Positions 37,760 through 47,893 of a stretch of 64,000 bases of DNA are shown one piece after another. Position 1 is the stretch's first letter, and every line of letters begins with the position of its first letter. Source of the stretch: an uncultured Alphaproteobacteria bacterium (GTDB taxonomy: Bacteria > Pseudomonadota > Alphaproteobacteria > Rhizobiales > Hyphomicrobiaceae); contig CAVTAL010000012.1 in assembly GCA_963732635.1 (NCBI GenBank), positions 8,308 to 72,307 on the forward strand, given 5' to 3'. The position numbers and the translations under genes were made by a program. The notes below the pieces were generated by a model, which was given only the letters and a program-made list of their open reading frames with translations, did no database searches and was not told the DNA's origin.

Positions 37760-39874
37760 CTATGCTGCCCTGAACAGCCGGATCGCTTCGTCGCATTCGA
37801 ACAGGTAGAGCAGCGTGCGCACCGCCTGGCCGCGCGGGCTCAACAGCTTCGGGTCGCGCGACAGGATCAAGGCCGCGTCGTCGCGGGCGGCGGCCAGCAG
37901 GTCGGCATAGCCAGGTACATCGGCAACACGGAATTCCGGTAGTCCCGACTGCCGCGCGCCCATTACCTCGCCGCCTCCGCGCAATTCGAGATCTTTCTCG
38001 GCAATGAGGAACCCGTCCTCGGTATCGCGCATCATCATTAGGCGGGACCCGGCTGTCTCGCCGAGCGGCGCCTTGTACAGGAGGACGCAGAACGACTGCC
38101 GGCTGCCGCGCCCGACCCGGCCACGCAACTGATGCAGCTGGGCGAGGCCGAAGCGCTCGGCATGTTCGATCACCATGATCGATGCATTGGGGACGTTGAC
38201 GCCGACCTCGATCACCGTCGTCGACACCAGGATCTTGAGTTCGTTGGCGGTGAAGGCCGCCATTACCGCGTCCTTGGCGGTGCCGCTCATGGCGCCATGC
38301 AACAGGCCGACGGCCGAGCCGAAGATCTGGCCGAGGTGGGCGGCGCGCTCCTCGGCGGCGGCGAGTTCGGACACGTCCGAGCTTTCGATCAGCGGGCAGA
38401 CCCAGTAGATCTGCGCGCCTTCCGAGACGGCGCGGCGCAGGCCGTCGGTGACCTGCTCCAATCGGTCGAGCGACACCAGCGTGGTCTGCACCGGTTTACG
38501 GCCAGCGGGCTTCTCGGTCAGGCGCGACACGTCGAGATCGCCGTAGTGGGTCATCAGCAGTGTGCGCGGAATTGGCGTCGCGGTCATGACAAGTACATTG
38601 GCGCCGCCGTCGCCGCCCTTGGTTTGCAGTGCGAGGCGCTGGTGCACGCCGAACCGATGCTGCTCGTCGATCACCGCGAAGGCGAGATCCTTGAACACGA
38701 CGTCGTCCTGGAACAATGCGTGCGTGCCGATCAGGATATCGATCTCGCCGGAGGCCAAGCGTTCCAGCACTTGTCTGCGCGGCCGGCCCTTCTCGCGACC
38801 CGTGAGCAGGCCCAAACGCAGGCCAGCCTTCTCGGCCAGCGGCGCGATCGTGTCGGCGTGTTGACGGGCGAGTACCTCGGTCGGGGCCATCAGCGCTGCC
38901 TGCGCGCCAGCCTCGACCGCGACCGCCATCGCCATCAAGGCGACCACCGTCTTGCCTGAACCGACGTCGCCTTGAAGCAAACGAAGCATTCGATTTGGCG
39001 CGGCCATGTCGCGTTCGATCTCGGCCAGCGCCTCACGTTGTGAATTCGTCAGCGCGAACGGTAGCGCCTCCATGATTTTGGCCCGCAACCGGCCATCGCC
39101 GGTGACCGGTCGGCCGCGTTGCGCCTTGTAGCTCTGCCGCACCAGGGCGAGAGCCAATTGCCCGGCCAGCAGTTCGTCATAGGCGAGGCGCTGCCAGGCG
39201 GGGGAGGCCGGCGAGATATCGGCGGCATCAGTCGGCCGGTGCAACGACTGCAGGGCGGCTTGCGCGCCCGGCCAGCCGCGCGCCGAGAGCCAAGCCGCGT
39301 CTTGCCATTCGGCCATTGGCGGTACCCGGTCGACCGCCTGCCGGATTGCCTTGAGCAGCACCTTGCCCGACAGACCGGCGGTGAGGCCATAGACCGGCTC
39401 CAGCATCGGCAGTTCGTCACGTTTTTCAGGAGCGACAACGTAATCCGGGTGCGTCATCTGCAGTTTGTCGCCGTAGGCCTCGACGCGCCCGGAGATGAAT
39501 CGAATGCTGCCTTCCGGCAGTAGATTTTCGATGTACTTGCGCTCGGCGCGGAAGAACACGAGGTCGAGGGCGCCGGTGTCATCCTCGGTGGCGATTTTGT
39601 AGGGCGCCTTGTTGTTGCCACGCGGCGGTGGCCGATGCTTGAGGATGCGCACCTCGAACGTTGCGATCGTGCCCGGCGTGGCCCCGGCGACGGTCGGCTG
39701 GGCGCGACGGTCAATGACGCCCGTCGGCGTGTGCCAGATGAGGTCGATCACGCGTGGCTCGGTAGTGCCCGGCTGCAACCGCACTGCTTTCTTCAACAGC
39801 GCAATCAGCCGCGGCCCGATCCCGGCCAGCGACTGCGCCGACGCAAACAGTGGTGTGAAGATGTCTGGGCGCAT
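37760..39874 (-). CDS. recG: ATP-dependent DNA helicase RecG
   Basis: 704 aa with Walker A GDVGSGKT, the DEQHRFG box and the C-terminal TRG region. Confidence 0.96.
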   Translation of the reverse strand: MRPDIFTPLFASAQSLAGIGPRLIALLKKAVRLQPGTTEPRVIDLIWHTPTGVIDRRAQPTVAGATPGTIATFEVRILKHRPPPRGNNKAPYKIATEDDTGALDLVFFRAERKYIENLLPEGSIRFISGRVEAYGDKLQMTHPDYVVAPEKRDELPMLEPVYGLTAGLSGKVLLKAIRQAVDRVPPMAEWQDAAWLSARGWPGAQAALQSLHRPTDAADISPASPAWQRLAYDELLAGQLALALVRQSYKAQRGRPVTGDGRLRAKIMEALPFALTNSQREALAEIERDMAAPNRMLRLLQGDVGSGKTVVALMAMAVAVEAGAQAALMAPTEVLARQHADTIAPLAEKAGLRLGLLTGREKGRPRRQVLERLASGEIDILIGTHALFQDDVVFKDLAFAVIDEQHRFGVHQRLALQTKGGDGGANVLVMTATPIPRTLLMTHYGDLDVSRLTEKPAGRKPVQTTLVSLDRLEQVTDGLRRAVSEGAQIYWVCPLIESSDVSELAAAEERAAHLGQIFGSAVGLLHGAMSGTAKDAVMAAFTANELKILVSTTVIEVGVNVPNASIMVIEHAERFGLAQLHQLRGRVGRGSRQSFCVLLYKAPLGETAGSRLMMMRDTEDGFLIAEKDLELRGGGEVMGARQSGLPEFRVADVPGYADLLAAARDDAALILSRDPKLLSPRGQAVRTLLYLFECDEAIRLFRAA

Positions 39875-39946
39875 GCGATCGTTGTGAGTGGGTTCTGACA
39901 GAGGTGTCTAGGGCGATCGAGTTCGCGAACCAACTACATTGAAGGT

Positions 39947-40041
39947 GTCATCCCGGGGCTTGTCCGCGGGACCCATGGAGCAGCATACTCGAACAACTGG
40001 GGGGTGGCACAATAGGTTCTGGGAACAAATGCCGGGATGAC
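39947..40041. repeat. MITE/REP-like unit bounded by GTCATCCCGG / CCGGGATGAC
   Basis: 10-bp terminal inverted repeats at 39947-39956 and 40032-40041. The left end GTCATCCCGGGGCTTGTCCGCGGGACCCATGG resembles the GTCATyCCGGG repeats that I recall as abundant in Bradyrhizobiaceae genomes. Confidence 0.45.
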
Positions 40042-40095
40042 TGGCGGCGGTGGAGCCTGCCGCTGACGAGACGCGTGGTGGCGCGTGCCGACAAC

Positions 40096-41760
40096 TCACA
40101 GCCAGGCGGGGAGTTGGTCGCGTGCGCGGCCGGTGCGCAGGGCTTCGGCGCAATCGGCGAGGCTGCCGAAGCGCACGCCGCGTCCTGACAGGCCCGGCGC
40201 GTAATGCGCATATTTGCCCGAATTGGTCATCAGCGTGCGTGCAGAAGGCGGAAACACCGGCTCCGTGATGGAGCACCAGCACAGGTCTAGCACGACGCGA
40301 ATGCCGGCGGCTTCCAGCCGCGCCAGCACACCTTCTGCGCGGGCCGCGGCAGCGGTGTCGCGGCCGAGGGTGACGATGCCTGTCACCCCGGCGGCGCAAT
40401 GATGACCGTCCACCAGCAGCGCCAGCGCCCGGCATTCGTCCAGCGAAAAATGCGGGCTGCCGAATGCCACCAGATCGATCTCGGCGGGCGCGGCATTGAG
40501 TTTGCGCCACGTCTGCGCGAAGTCGGACCGCGAGATACGCGCACGATCCGCATCGGGCGCCACGGCGCCGGCTTCCGGTGTGATGCCGGCGATGTGCAAC
40601 ATCGGCGCCGAAGAGGTGGTTCCGAACGCCGCGCACAGTGCTTTCAGGTCATCCGGACTAGGAGCGAGGCCTTCGATCCCGTTTAACAGCGGGATACGGT
40701 CGGGCGCTGCGAGACCGGCGAGATAGCCGAGCATGGGCCAGAAGGCATCGTCGTGGTTGGCCGTCGGCTCGACCGCGATGATGCGACGGGCTCGCCGGTT
40801 GTCATCGACATAGACACCTGCCAGTGGCGCGCGGCCGGTCAATGCAATGCACAGGTCGAGGAAATCGGCGTGTTTGGGCGTGCGTGCGCCGAGCACGCTA
40901 TTTGCATAGATGACCGCGTTCAATTCCGCCCACGCGATTGTCTCCCCCTGTGCCGGCGCGCTGTCCAGCAGATAGGGCGCGCAGGTGAAGCTGGCACGGG
41001 CACCCATTTCGACATAGGCATCGGCAAGCGCGCTTGCCGGTCCGCCAAAGCTGGCCGGAACCCCCTGTCGACGCCAGTTGGCGTGGTCGACCGAGATCGC
41101 ATTCATGGTGGTGGGCACGCGCACCCGAGCGCCCTGATCGGCGAAGTATCTGGCGAACCGCAGGAACGCTGCTGCGGCATAGATGCATCCGTCGATGTGC
41201 ACCTGCGCGACGTCGACGAGTCGGCTGGCGCCCTGGATCGCGGCGACGGCACAGATGATCTGCATCGCGGTCTGGGCTGCGGACCCTGCGCGCCCATCGA
41301 GCATCGCGCTGTCGGAAGGCGTCAGTTCGAGATCGGCGCCCGGCATCCCGGACAAGCCGATGCAGAGACCAGGACCGCGGATTTGGTCGTCGTCGATCGA
41401 GACCTCGCGGGCTACGGAAACGGCGGCGAATTTCGCTGGCGCCAGGCGCAGGACTGGAAGCGTCTTGCCGAACACGTCGCGGGCCACGAGCGCGCCCAGG
41501 GTCGCGACCTCCTCGGGCTCGCTGAACACCAGGGCCGCTGGGGCATGGCCATTCTGAATCAACTCGAGCAGCACGCCGCTGCCTGTACATGATCCCCGCG
41601 TCGTCGGCATCACCAGCACAGCGCCGCGGACGCATTGACCGTGCAAGGGGTGATGTGCGTCGATAACGCGTCCGCTGCTCGGGTCGATGCCGCCCCAGAA
41701 GCTCAAACCCTCGGTGGTCGCCAAGACTGGCCCGGTGGCGGTGCCTGCAACAATCTTCAT
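40096..41760 (-). CDS. aconitase X family protein, fused swivel (DUF126) + catalytic (DUF521) domains
   Basis: ATG at 41760; the ORF-track start at 41766 is a TTG. The N-terminal [34 protein letters not shown] is DUF126-like. The remaining ~430 aa ([13 protein letters not shown]..., FTCAPYLL) is DUF521-like. Confidence 0.85.
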   Translation of the reverse strand: MKIVAGTATGPVLATTEGLSFWGGIDPSSGRVIDAHHPLHGQCVRGAVLVMPTTRGSCTGSGVLLELIQNGHAPAALVFSEPEEVATLGALVARDVFGKTLPVLRLAPAKFAAVSVAREVSIDDDQIRGPGLCIGLSGMPGADLELTPSDSAMLDGRAGSAAQTAMQIICAVAAIQGASRLVDVAQVHIDGCIYAAAAFLRFARYFADQGARVRVPTTMNAISVDHANWRRQGVPASFGGPASALADAYVEMGARASFTCAPYLLDSAPAQGETIAWAELNAVIYANSVLGARTPKHADFLDLCIALTGRAPLAGVYVDDNRRARRIIAVEPTANHDDAFWPMLGYLAGLAAPDRIPLLNGIEGLAPSPDDLKALCAAFGTTSSAPMLHIAGITPEAGAVAPDADRARISRSDFAQTWRKLNAAPAEIDLVAFGSPHFSLDECRALALLVDGHHCAAGVTGIVTLGRDTAAAARAEGVLARLEAAGIRVVLDLCWCSITEPVFPPSARTLMTNSGKYAHYAPGLSGRGVRFGSLADCAEALRTGRARDQLPAWL

Positions 41761-41965
41761 TCCCAACGGGACACCTCTCGACGTATTCAGGAAGCTGCGG
41801 CACTATCGATCGCTCCCCCGGCACAATCAAGCCAGTCCCCACCCTTTGCACCTCCAGACATCGGCGCTATATCAAACCTCGTGCCGCCATCACGGCGCGT
41901 CGACCGGGGTCTTTTTCGGGGCCGTCCGGGCAAATTGCGTTTTGCGAGCCAGGAACTCTTGATCC

Positions 41966-42241
41966 ATGTCTGACGAACCCGATGCCCGCCGCCGCCGCGC
42001 TGGCTTTCGCGCCAATCATCGCGGCACCAAGGAGATGGACTGGCTGCTCGGCAAATTCGCTGACGCCAAGCTTGCCGGCATGAGCGACTTGGATCTCGCA
42101 CTGTTCGAGAAGCTCATTCAACTCCCCGATCCCGACCTGCAGACCTGGATTCTGGAACCGGCGCCGATGGCTGGGACTGAATTTGCTGCTCTATTGGCCG
42201 AACTACGCACTTTCCACAACCTCGACCAGCCGGTCGCCTGA
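41966..42241 (+). CDS. sdhE: FAD assembly factor SdhE (succinate dehydrogenase assembly factor 2, DUF339)
   Basis: 91 aa with RGTKEMDWLLGKFAD...DPDLQTWIL. It lies immediately upstream of mfd. Confidence 0.85.
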   Translation: MSDEPDARRRRAGFRANHRGTKEMDWLLGKFADAKLAGMSDLDLALFEKLIQLPDPDLQTWILEPAPMAGTEFAALLAELRTFHNLDQPVA

Positions 42242-42258
42242 ACGGCACTCACAAGCAC

Positions 42259-45200
42259 ATGAACGACGTTGCGGTTCACCCGAACGAAATGACGCTGGCC
42301 GGCGTGCCGGAAGGACTGGACGCACTGGTGCTCGCGCAACTGGCGCGTGAGGCTGGTAGCGCCGCCGCGCCCGGTATTATACTGCATGTCGCCCGTGATG
42401 ATCGCCGGCTTGATGCGCTCGAAACCGCGCTCGGCTTTTTCGCGCCGAACCAGCGTGTGATCTCGGTGCCGGCGTGGGACACCGTGCCCTACGATCGCGT
42501 TGGCCCGAATGCCGAGATCACCGCCAAGCGCATCACGTCGATGGCCAAGCTCGTGATGGGCGGCCGCAAGGAACCGACGATCGTGTTGACCACGGTCAAC
42601 GCGATGCTGCAGAAATTGCCGCCGCGCGCCTTCATCCGCCAGTCGCTGCGGCCGATGGCGGCCGGCCAGCGTATCGACCTCAACCGGCTGATCCAGCGTC
42701 TGACCGCCGCTGGCTTCGTGCGCACGGGGCAGGTAATGGAGCCCGGCGAGTTCGCGGTGCGCGGCGGCATTCTAGACCTCTACCCGCCGGGACGTTTGAG
42801 CCCGGTGCGCCTCGACTTCTTCGGCGACACGTTGGAAAGCATCAAGTCGTTCGACGCCGAGACGCAGCGCACTTCGAAGGTGGTGCAGAAGCTCGTCTTG
42901 ATGCCGATCAGCGAGGTCGCCTTTGGCGCGGAAGGCGAAAAGCTGTTCCGGGCCGGCTATGTCGAACTGTTCGGCGGCAACACCGGCGAAGACCCGCTCT
43001 ATCAGGCGGTCAGCGCGGGCAGCCGTTACCCCGGTGTCGAGCACTGGCTGCCACTGTTCCACGACAAGCTGGAATCGCTGTTCGACTACGTCGCCGGCAG
43101 CGATATCTCGTTCGACCAGGGCGCCGACGAGCAGATGCGGCGACGCTTCGAGCAGATCAAGGAGCATTACGAGGCACGGCTTGAAGGGCTCGAGCAGTCG
43201 AAATTCGGTGCCGCGCCATACAAGCCAGTGCCGCCCGACCGCATGTTCCTCGACGGCGCCGACTGGAAGGCCGCGCTCGAAGTCATGAACGTGCGCCGGT
43301 TCTCGGCTTTCGAGCATCCGGCCGGACCCAGCATCCGCAGCTACAACGGCCGCGCGGCGCGCACGTTCTCGATGGAGCGCACGACCGATGGCGCCGATCT
43401 GTTCGGTTCCGTGGTTGCGCACATCCGGGCGCTTATCGAACAGAAAAAGCGGGTGATGATTGCCGCCTGGACGCCGGGGGCGCGAGAGCGCCTCGGTACT
43501 TTGCTCGCCGACCATGGCTTCAAGGACGTGCGCAAGGTCGATACCTACGCCGACGCGCTGGGTCTGCCCGGAAATCTGCCCGCGATGTGCGTGCTGGGTC
43601 TCGAACACGGCTTCGAGACGCCCGAAATGGTGGTGATTGCCGAGCAGGACATTCTCGGCGATCGTCTGGTGCGCGCCCGCCGCAAGCCGCGCAAGGCTGC
43701 CGACGTCATCACCCAGGCGACGAGCCTGGGACCAGGCGACCTCGTCGTCCACGCCGACCACGGCATTGGCCGTTTCGAAGGCCTGAAGACGATCACCGCG
43801 CTCGGTGCGCCGCATGACTGCCTCGAACTGATTTATGCCGGTGGCGATAAGCTCTACCTGCCGGTTGAGAACATCGAGCTTTTGTCGCGGTTCGGCGCCG
43901 AGAGTGAAGGGGCGCAACTCGACAAGCTCGGCGGTGCGGCTTGGCAATCGCGCAAGGCCCGAATGCAGAAGCGGCTGCGCGAACTCGCCGCCGAACTGAT
44001 CAAGATCGCAGCCCTCAGGCAGTTGAAGGAAGCACCCGCGCTTACCCCCCCGGCCGGCGCCTTCGACGAATTCATAGCCCGCTTCCCCTACGAGGAGACC
44101 GAGGACCAGCAGGCCAGCATTGATGCCGTGATCGATGATCTAGGCACTGGCCGTCCAATGGACCGCTTGATCTGCGGCGACGTCGGCTTCGGCAAGACCG
44201 AAGTGGCATTGCGCGCCGCGTTTGTTGCGGCGATGGCCGGATTGCAGGTGGCCGTCGTGGTGCCAACGACGCTGCTGGCGCGGCAGCATTACAAAACCTT
44301 CTCGCAACGCTTCCATGGCCTGCCGGTGAAGGTGGTGCAAGCGTCTCGCCTCGTAAGCGCGAAAGACCTCGCCGACGTTAGACAAGGCCTCGCGTCGGGC
44401 GTTGTTGACATTGTCGTTGGCACGCATGCGCTGCTGTCGAAGTCGATCGAGTTCGCCCGACTTGGCTTGCTGATCATCGACGAGGAACAGCACTTCGGCG
44501 TCCAGCACAAGGAGCGACTGAAGCAGTTGAAGGAAGACGTGCACGTCCTCACCCTTTCGGCGACGCCGATCCCGCGCACCTTGCAGCTCGCCTTGTCGGG
44601 CGTGCGCGAGTTGTCGCTGATCACCACGCCGCCGGTCGATCGCCTCGCGGTGCGTACCTACATTTCGCCGTTCGATCCGGTGATCCTGCGCGAGGCCATG
44701 CGGCGCGAGCGCTATCGCGGCGGTCAGACGTTCTATGTGGCGCCGCGCATTGCAGACCTCGATGAGATCGCCGAGTTTCTGGCCGAGGCGGTGCCGGAGC
44801 TTCGCGTCGCCCGAGCCCACGGCCAGCTGACGCCGACCGAGCTCGAAGACATCATGACGGCGTTCTACGAAGGCCAATACGACGTGCTGCTATCGACTGC
44901 GATCGTCGAGTCGGGCCTCGACGTGCCCAATGCCAACACCATGATCGTGCATCGCGCCGACATGTTCGGCTTGGCCCAGCTCTACCAGTTGCGCGGCCGT
45001 GTCGGGCGCTCGAAGACGCGCGCCTATGCCTACTTCACGACGCCACCCGGCAAGGCAATGACCGAGATGGCCGAGAAGCGCCTCAAGGTGCTGCAGTCGC
45101 TCGACACACTCGGCGCCGGCTTCTCGTTGGCAAGTCACGATCTGGATATCCGTGGTGGTGGCAACCTGCTCGGCGAGGAGCAGTCGGGCCACATCCGCGA

Positions 45201-45750
45201 AGTTGGCTTCGAACTCTATCAACAGATGCTGGAAGAAGCCGTTGCGAGCCTCAAGGGCGGCGATCTGGGCTCGCCCCAGGACCAGTGGAGCCCGCAGATC
45301 TCGCTCGGACTGCCGGTGCTGATCCCGGAAACCTACGTCGCTGACCTGCCGCTGCGGCTCGGGCTCTACCGGCGGCTGTCATCGCTGGCAACGCGACCTG
45401 AGATCGACGACTTCGGTATCGAGTTGGTCGATCGCTTCGGGCCGCGTCCCGAGGAGGTCGATGCGCTGCTCGACGTCATGGAGGTGAAGGGGTTGTGCCG
45501 GCAGGCCGGCATCCAGCAGATCGATGCGGGTCACAAAGGCTGCGTGCTGCAGTTTCGCGGCAACAAGTTCGCCAACCCGGAAGGCCTCATTGCCTACATG
45601 CAGAAATCGGGCGGCCGGGTAAAAATGCAGACCGATCACAAGCTGGTATTCAAGGCGGATTGGGACCTGCCCGAAGCGCGCCTCAAGGGTGTGCGCGAAC
45701 TCGTCACCAAGATTGCGGGATTGGTGGCAGTGGCGAAGAAGGCGGCTTGA
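42259..45750 (+). CDS. mfd: transcription-repair coupling factor
   Basis: 1163 aa with GDVGFGKTEVA, DEEQHFG and the C-terminal TRCF domain. Confidence 0.97.
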   Translation: MNDVAVHPNEMTLAGVPEGLDALVLAQLAREAGSAAAPGIILHVARDDRRLDALETALGFFAPNQRVISVPAWDTVPYDRVGPNAEITAKRITSMAKLVMGGRKEPTIVLTTVNAMLQKLPPRAFIRQSLRPMAAGQRIDLNRLIQRLTAAGFVRTGQVMEPGEFAVRGGILDLYPPGRLSPVRLDFFGDTLESIKSFDAETQRTSKVVQKLVLMPISEVAFGAEGEKLFRAGYVELFGGNTGEDPLYQAVSAGSRYPGVEHWLPLFHDKLESLFDYVAGSDISFDQGADEQMRRRFEQIKEHYEARLEGLEQSKFGAAPYKPVPPDRMFLDGADWKAALEVMNVRRFSAFEHPAGPSIRSYNGRAARTFSMERTTDGADLFGSVVAHIRALIEQKKRVMIAAWTPGARERLGTLLADHGFKDVRKVDTYADALGLPGNLPAMCVLGLEHGFETPEMVVIAEQDILGDRLVRARRKPRKAADVITQATSLGPGDLVVHADHGIGRFEGLKTITALGAPHDCLELIYAGGDKLYLPVENIELLSRFGAESEGAQLDKLGGAAWQSRKARMQKRLRELAAELIKIAALRQLKEAPALTPPAGAFDEFIARFPYEETEDQQASIDAVIDDLGTGRPMDRLICGDVGFGKTEVALRAAFVAAMAGLQVAVVVPTTLLARQHYKTFSQRFHGLPVKVVQASRLVSAKDLADVRQGLASGVVDIVVGTHALLSKSIEFARLGLLIIDEEQHFGVQHKERLKQLKEDVHVLTLSATPIPRTLQLALSGVRELSLITTPPVDRLAVRTYISPFDPVILREAMRRERYRGGQTFYVAPRIADLDEIAEFLAEAVPELRVARAHGQLTPTELEDIMTAFYEGQYDVLLSTAIVESGLDVPNANTMIVHRADMFGLAQLYQLRGRVGRSKTRAYAYFTTPPGKAMTEMAEKRLKVLQSLDTLGAGFSLASHDLDIRGGGNLLGEEQSGHIREVGFELYQQMLEEAVASLKGGDLGSPQDQWSPQISLGLPVLIPETYVADLPLRLGLYRRLSSLATRPEIDDFGIELVDRFGPRPEEVDALLDVMEVKGLCRQAGIQQIDAGHKGCVLQFRGNKFANPEGLIAYMQKSGGRVKMQTDHKLVFKADWDLPEARLKGVRELVTKIAGLVAVAKKAA

Positions 45751-45793
45751 GCCGACAATTGCTCAGGCGCCGCAGATTGGGGTGAGCGATCTC

Positions 45794-45840
45794 GCGAAGC
45801 CCAACACTTCACGAACGGTGGTTGCCAAGTTGGGCTTCGC
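45794..45840. repeat. 12-bp-arm palindrome GCGAAGCCCAAC / GTTGGGCTTCGC between convergent mfd and ialB
   Basis: Arms at 45794-45805 and 45829-45840 with a 23-nt loop. It shares the CCCAAC/GTTGGG core with the element at 23245-23348. It could act as a bidirectional terminator. Confidence 0.4.
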
Positions 45841-45884
45841 AGACCGGTTTGATCCAACCTACGAGCACTCGATGCGCGACACGT

Positions 45885-46460
45885 CTACTTCAGCGCCGCC
45901 AGCGCTTGCGCGAAGCCGTTGAGTGAAATCGGGATGCCGATGCCGGCTTCTTGCGTTTGGAAGATGATGAAGATCGCGTTCTTGCCGGTCTTGAGCTGGT
46001 CGACGAGCTTGTCCTCGGCAACGACTTGGGCATAGCAGGCGAAGTTGTGGCAACGCAGGAATGGCGCGTGGCCGACGTCCTTGTCGTCGATCTTGAGGCC
46101 GAGGCCCGGCGGCAGCAGCACGCCGAGTGGCGCGAACACGCGCAATACCCGCTCGCCGGTCGAGAATTTCTGGAAATAGACGGTGAGGCCGACGTTGTTG
46201 CGGTCTTCGGCGGTGACACTCTGCACCAGGGCACAGGTTTCTAGTTTGGAGCCGGCAGCTGGCGGCTTGCATACAACTTGCCAGTCGCCATGCTGGGCCT
46301 TGATGGTGCCGTCGGGCGCCGCCGAGTTGGCCTGGTTCTGCGCCTGGGCTGGCGATATGGCGGCAATGCCCAGCATTGCCAGGGTGGCGAGATTGATCGC
46401 GGCCTGTCGCAACCGTGCGAGGTTCCCGACAGCAAAAGTGAAATGACCCACGTCGCTCAA
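45885..46460 (-). CDS. invasion-associated locus B (IalB) family protein
   Basis: Signal peptide ending in AISPAQA. HGDWQVVC, TCALVQ and LRCHNFACYAQ are characteristic. The start is TTG 46460 or, with better GGGAGG spacing, GTG 46451. Confidence 0.85.
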   Translation of the reverse strand: MSDVGHFTFAVGNLARLRQAAINLATLAMLGIAAISPAQAQNQANSAAPDGTIKAQHGDWQVVCKPPAAGSKLETCALVQSVTAEDRNNVGLTVYFQKFSTGERVLRVFAPLGVLLPPGLGLKIDDKDVGHAPFLRCHNFACYAQVVAEDKLVDQLKTGKNAIFIIFQTQEAGIGIPISLNGFAQALAALK

Positions 46461-46852
46461 CCTCCCGCCAAATCAGCGCGCACCCGTTCTGTCGAAATAG
46501 CACTGAACGCGATGTCATTGGCGCGACAATTCCGGCTGAAATGGGACCTGGGCCGGCAACATGGCGCGGCGGCGTCGGATGAGCACACGGCTGGCCCTGC
46601 GCAACACAACGCCTCAGCCCGCAACGCCACCCTCGCGGCTGGCACGTAAAAAACGGCCAAAAACAGGCTAGGCGAATGGCTGGGGAACGGGCATAGACTG
46701 TCGCTGCGCGTAGATTTGCCGCAGGTAGACGTGCACGGAGTTGACTTGAGTCAAATTGGTCGCTTGTGTTCTTTGCACAAGTGGCGGATTTGGCAAAAAA
46801 ATTGGCAATGCGTTTTCACCGCCGTGTGAGCGAACGCAACTGGAGTGCTTGA

Positions 46853-47833
46853 ATGCTCGGGAAAAGTGCAACGCGCGCAACGGCTTGCGCGACATTTTTG
46901 GCCATTGCAGCGGCGATTTCGACTGCCGCACTCGCCGGGACGGGCCAGCCCTCGCCTGGGCAGATGGGTCTGCAGGACCCGGTGACCGAAGTCGCCGACA
47001 GCATCGTCTCGTTCCACAATGCCGTGTCTGCGATCATCATCGCGATTGCCGTGTTCGTCGGCCTGCTAATGGCTTACGTGATGGTTCGCTTCAGCGCCAA
47101 GAACAACCCGACGCCGTCGAAGAACACGCACAACACCATGCTCGAAGTGGCGTGGACCGTGGTGCCGATTTTGATTCTCCTGGCCATCGCCGTACCGTCG
47201 TTCAAGCTGCTGTATCTGCAATATTCCTATCCGAAGCCGGACGTGACCGTGAAGGCCACGGGCAACGCCTGGTTCTGGGAGCACGAGTATCTCGACGGCG
47301 GCCCCAAGGTCACGTCGAACATGGTGACCGACGAGGATATCGTATCAGCCGACATCGGCAAGGCTGAGTTCGAGAAGCGCTTCGGCAAGCTCGAAGGCAT
47401 CGACCGTATCAAGCAGATCTATCAAGCTTCGACGCCGCTGTGGGCCAAGACTAAGCAGGTCCGTCAGCTCTCCGTCGACAACGAGATCGCGGTGCCGGTC
47501 GGCAAGGTCGTGCATCTGCTGGTGACTTCCAACGACGTCATCCATTCCTGGACGATCCCGTCGTTCGGTTCGAAGATCCAGGCCGTCCCCGGTCGGGTCA
47601 CCACCACCTGGTTCCGCCCGATGAAAGTCGGCGTGTACTACGGCCAGTGCTCAGTGCTGTGCGGCAAGGCGCACTCGGGCATGCCGATCGCAGTTCGTGT
47701 GGTGCCGGAGCCGGCCTATAAGGAATGGCTCGTCGCGGCGAAGGCCAAGGACTGGAAGAAGGCGCGCGGCATCCTCGTTGCCGCCACCGAATCGGCCGAT
47801 CAGCCGAAGTACGCGGAAGTGGCGCCGCGCTGA
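46853..47833 (+). CDS. ctaC: cytochrome c oxidase subunit II
   Basis: Cu-A site HSWTIPSFG...GQCSVLCGKAHSGMP, a signal peptide and two TM helices. Confidence 0.95.
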   Translation: MLGKSATRATACATFLAIAAAISTAALAGTGQPSPGQMGLQDPVTEVADSIVSFHNAVSAIIIAIAVFVGLLMAYVMVRFSAKNNPTPSKNTHNTMLEVAWTVVPILILLAIAVPSFKLLYLQYSYPKPDVTVKATGNAWFWEHEYLDGGPKVTSNMVTDEDIVSADIGKAEFEKRFGKLEGIDRIKQIYQASTPLWAKTKQVRQLSVDNEIAVPVGKVVHLLVTSNDVIHSWTIPSFGSKIQAVPGRVTTTWFRPMKVGVYYGQCSVLCGKAHSGMPIAVRVVPEPAYKEWLVAAKAKDWKKARGILVAATESADQPKYAEVAPR

Positions 47834-47893
47834 TCCGATCCCGTCAGACACGTCCGATCAAAGATTGCAAGTTCTAGCGAGAAGGCACTTCAG

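Noticed and set aside
46763-46781. CTTGTG-N7-CACAAG upstream of ctaC as an FNR/FixK or CRP box.
   Set aside because: The arm sequence and spacing do not match TTGAT-N4-ATCAA or TGTGA-N6-TCACA. A 6-bp inverted repeat is easily found by chance.
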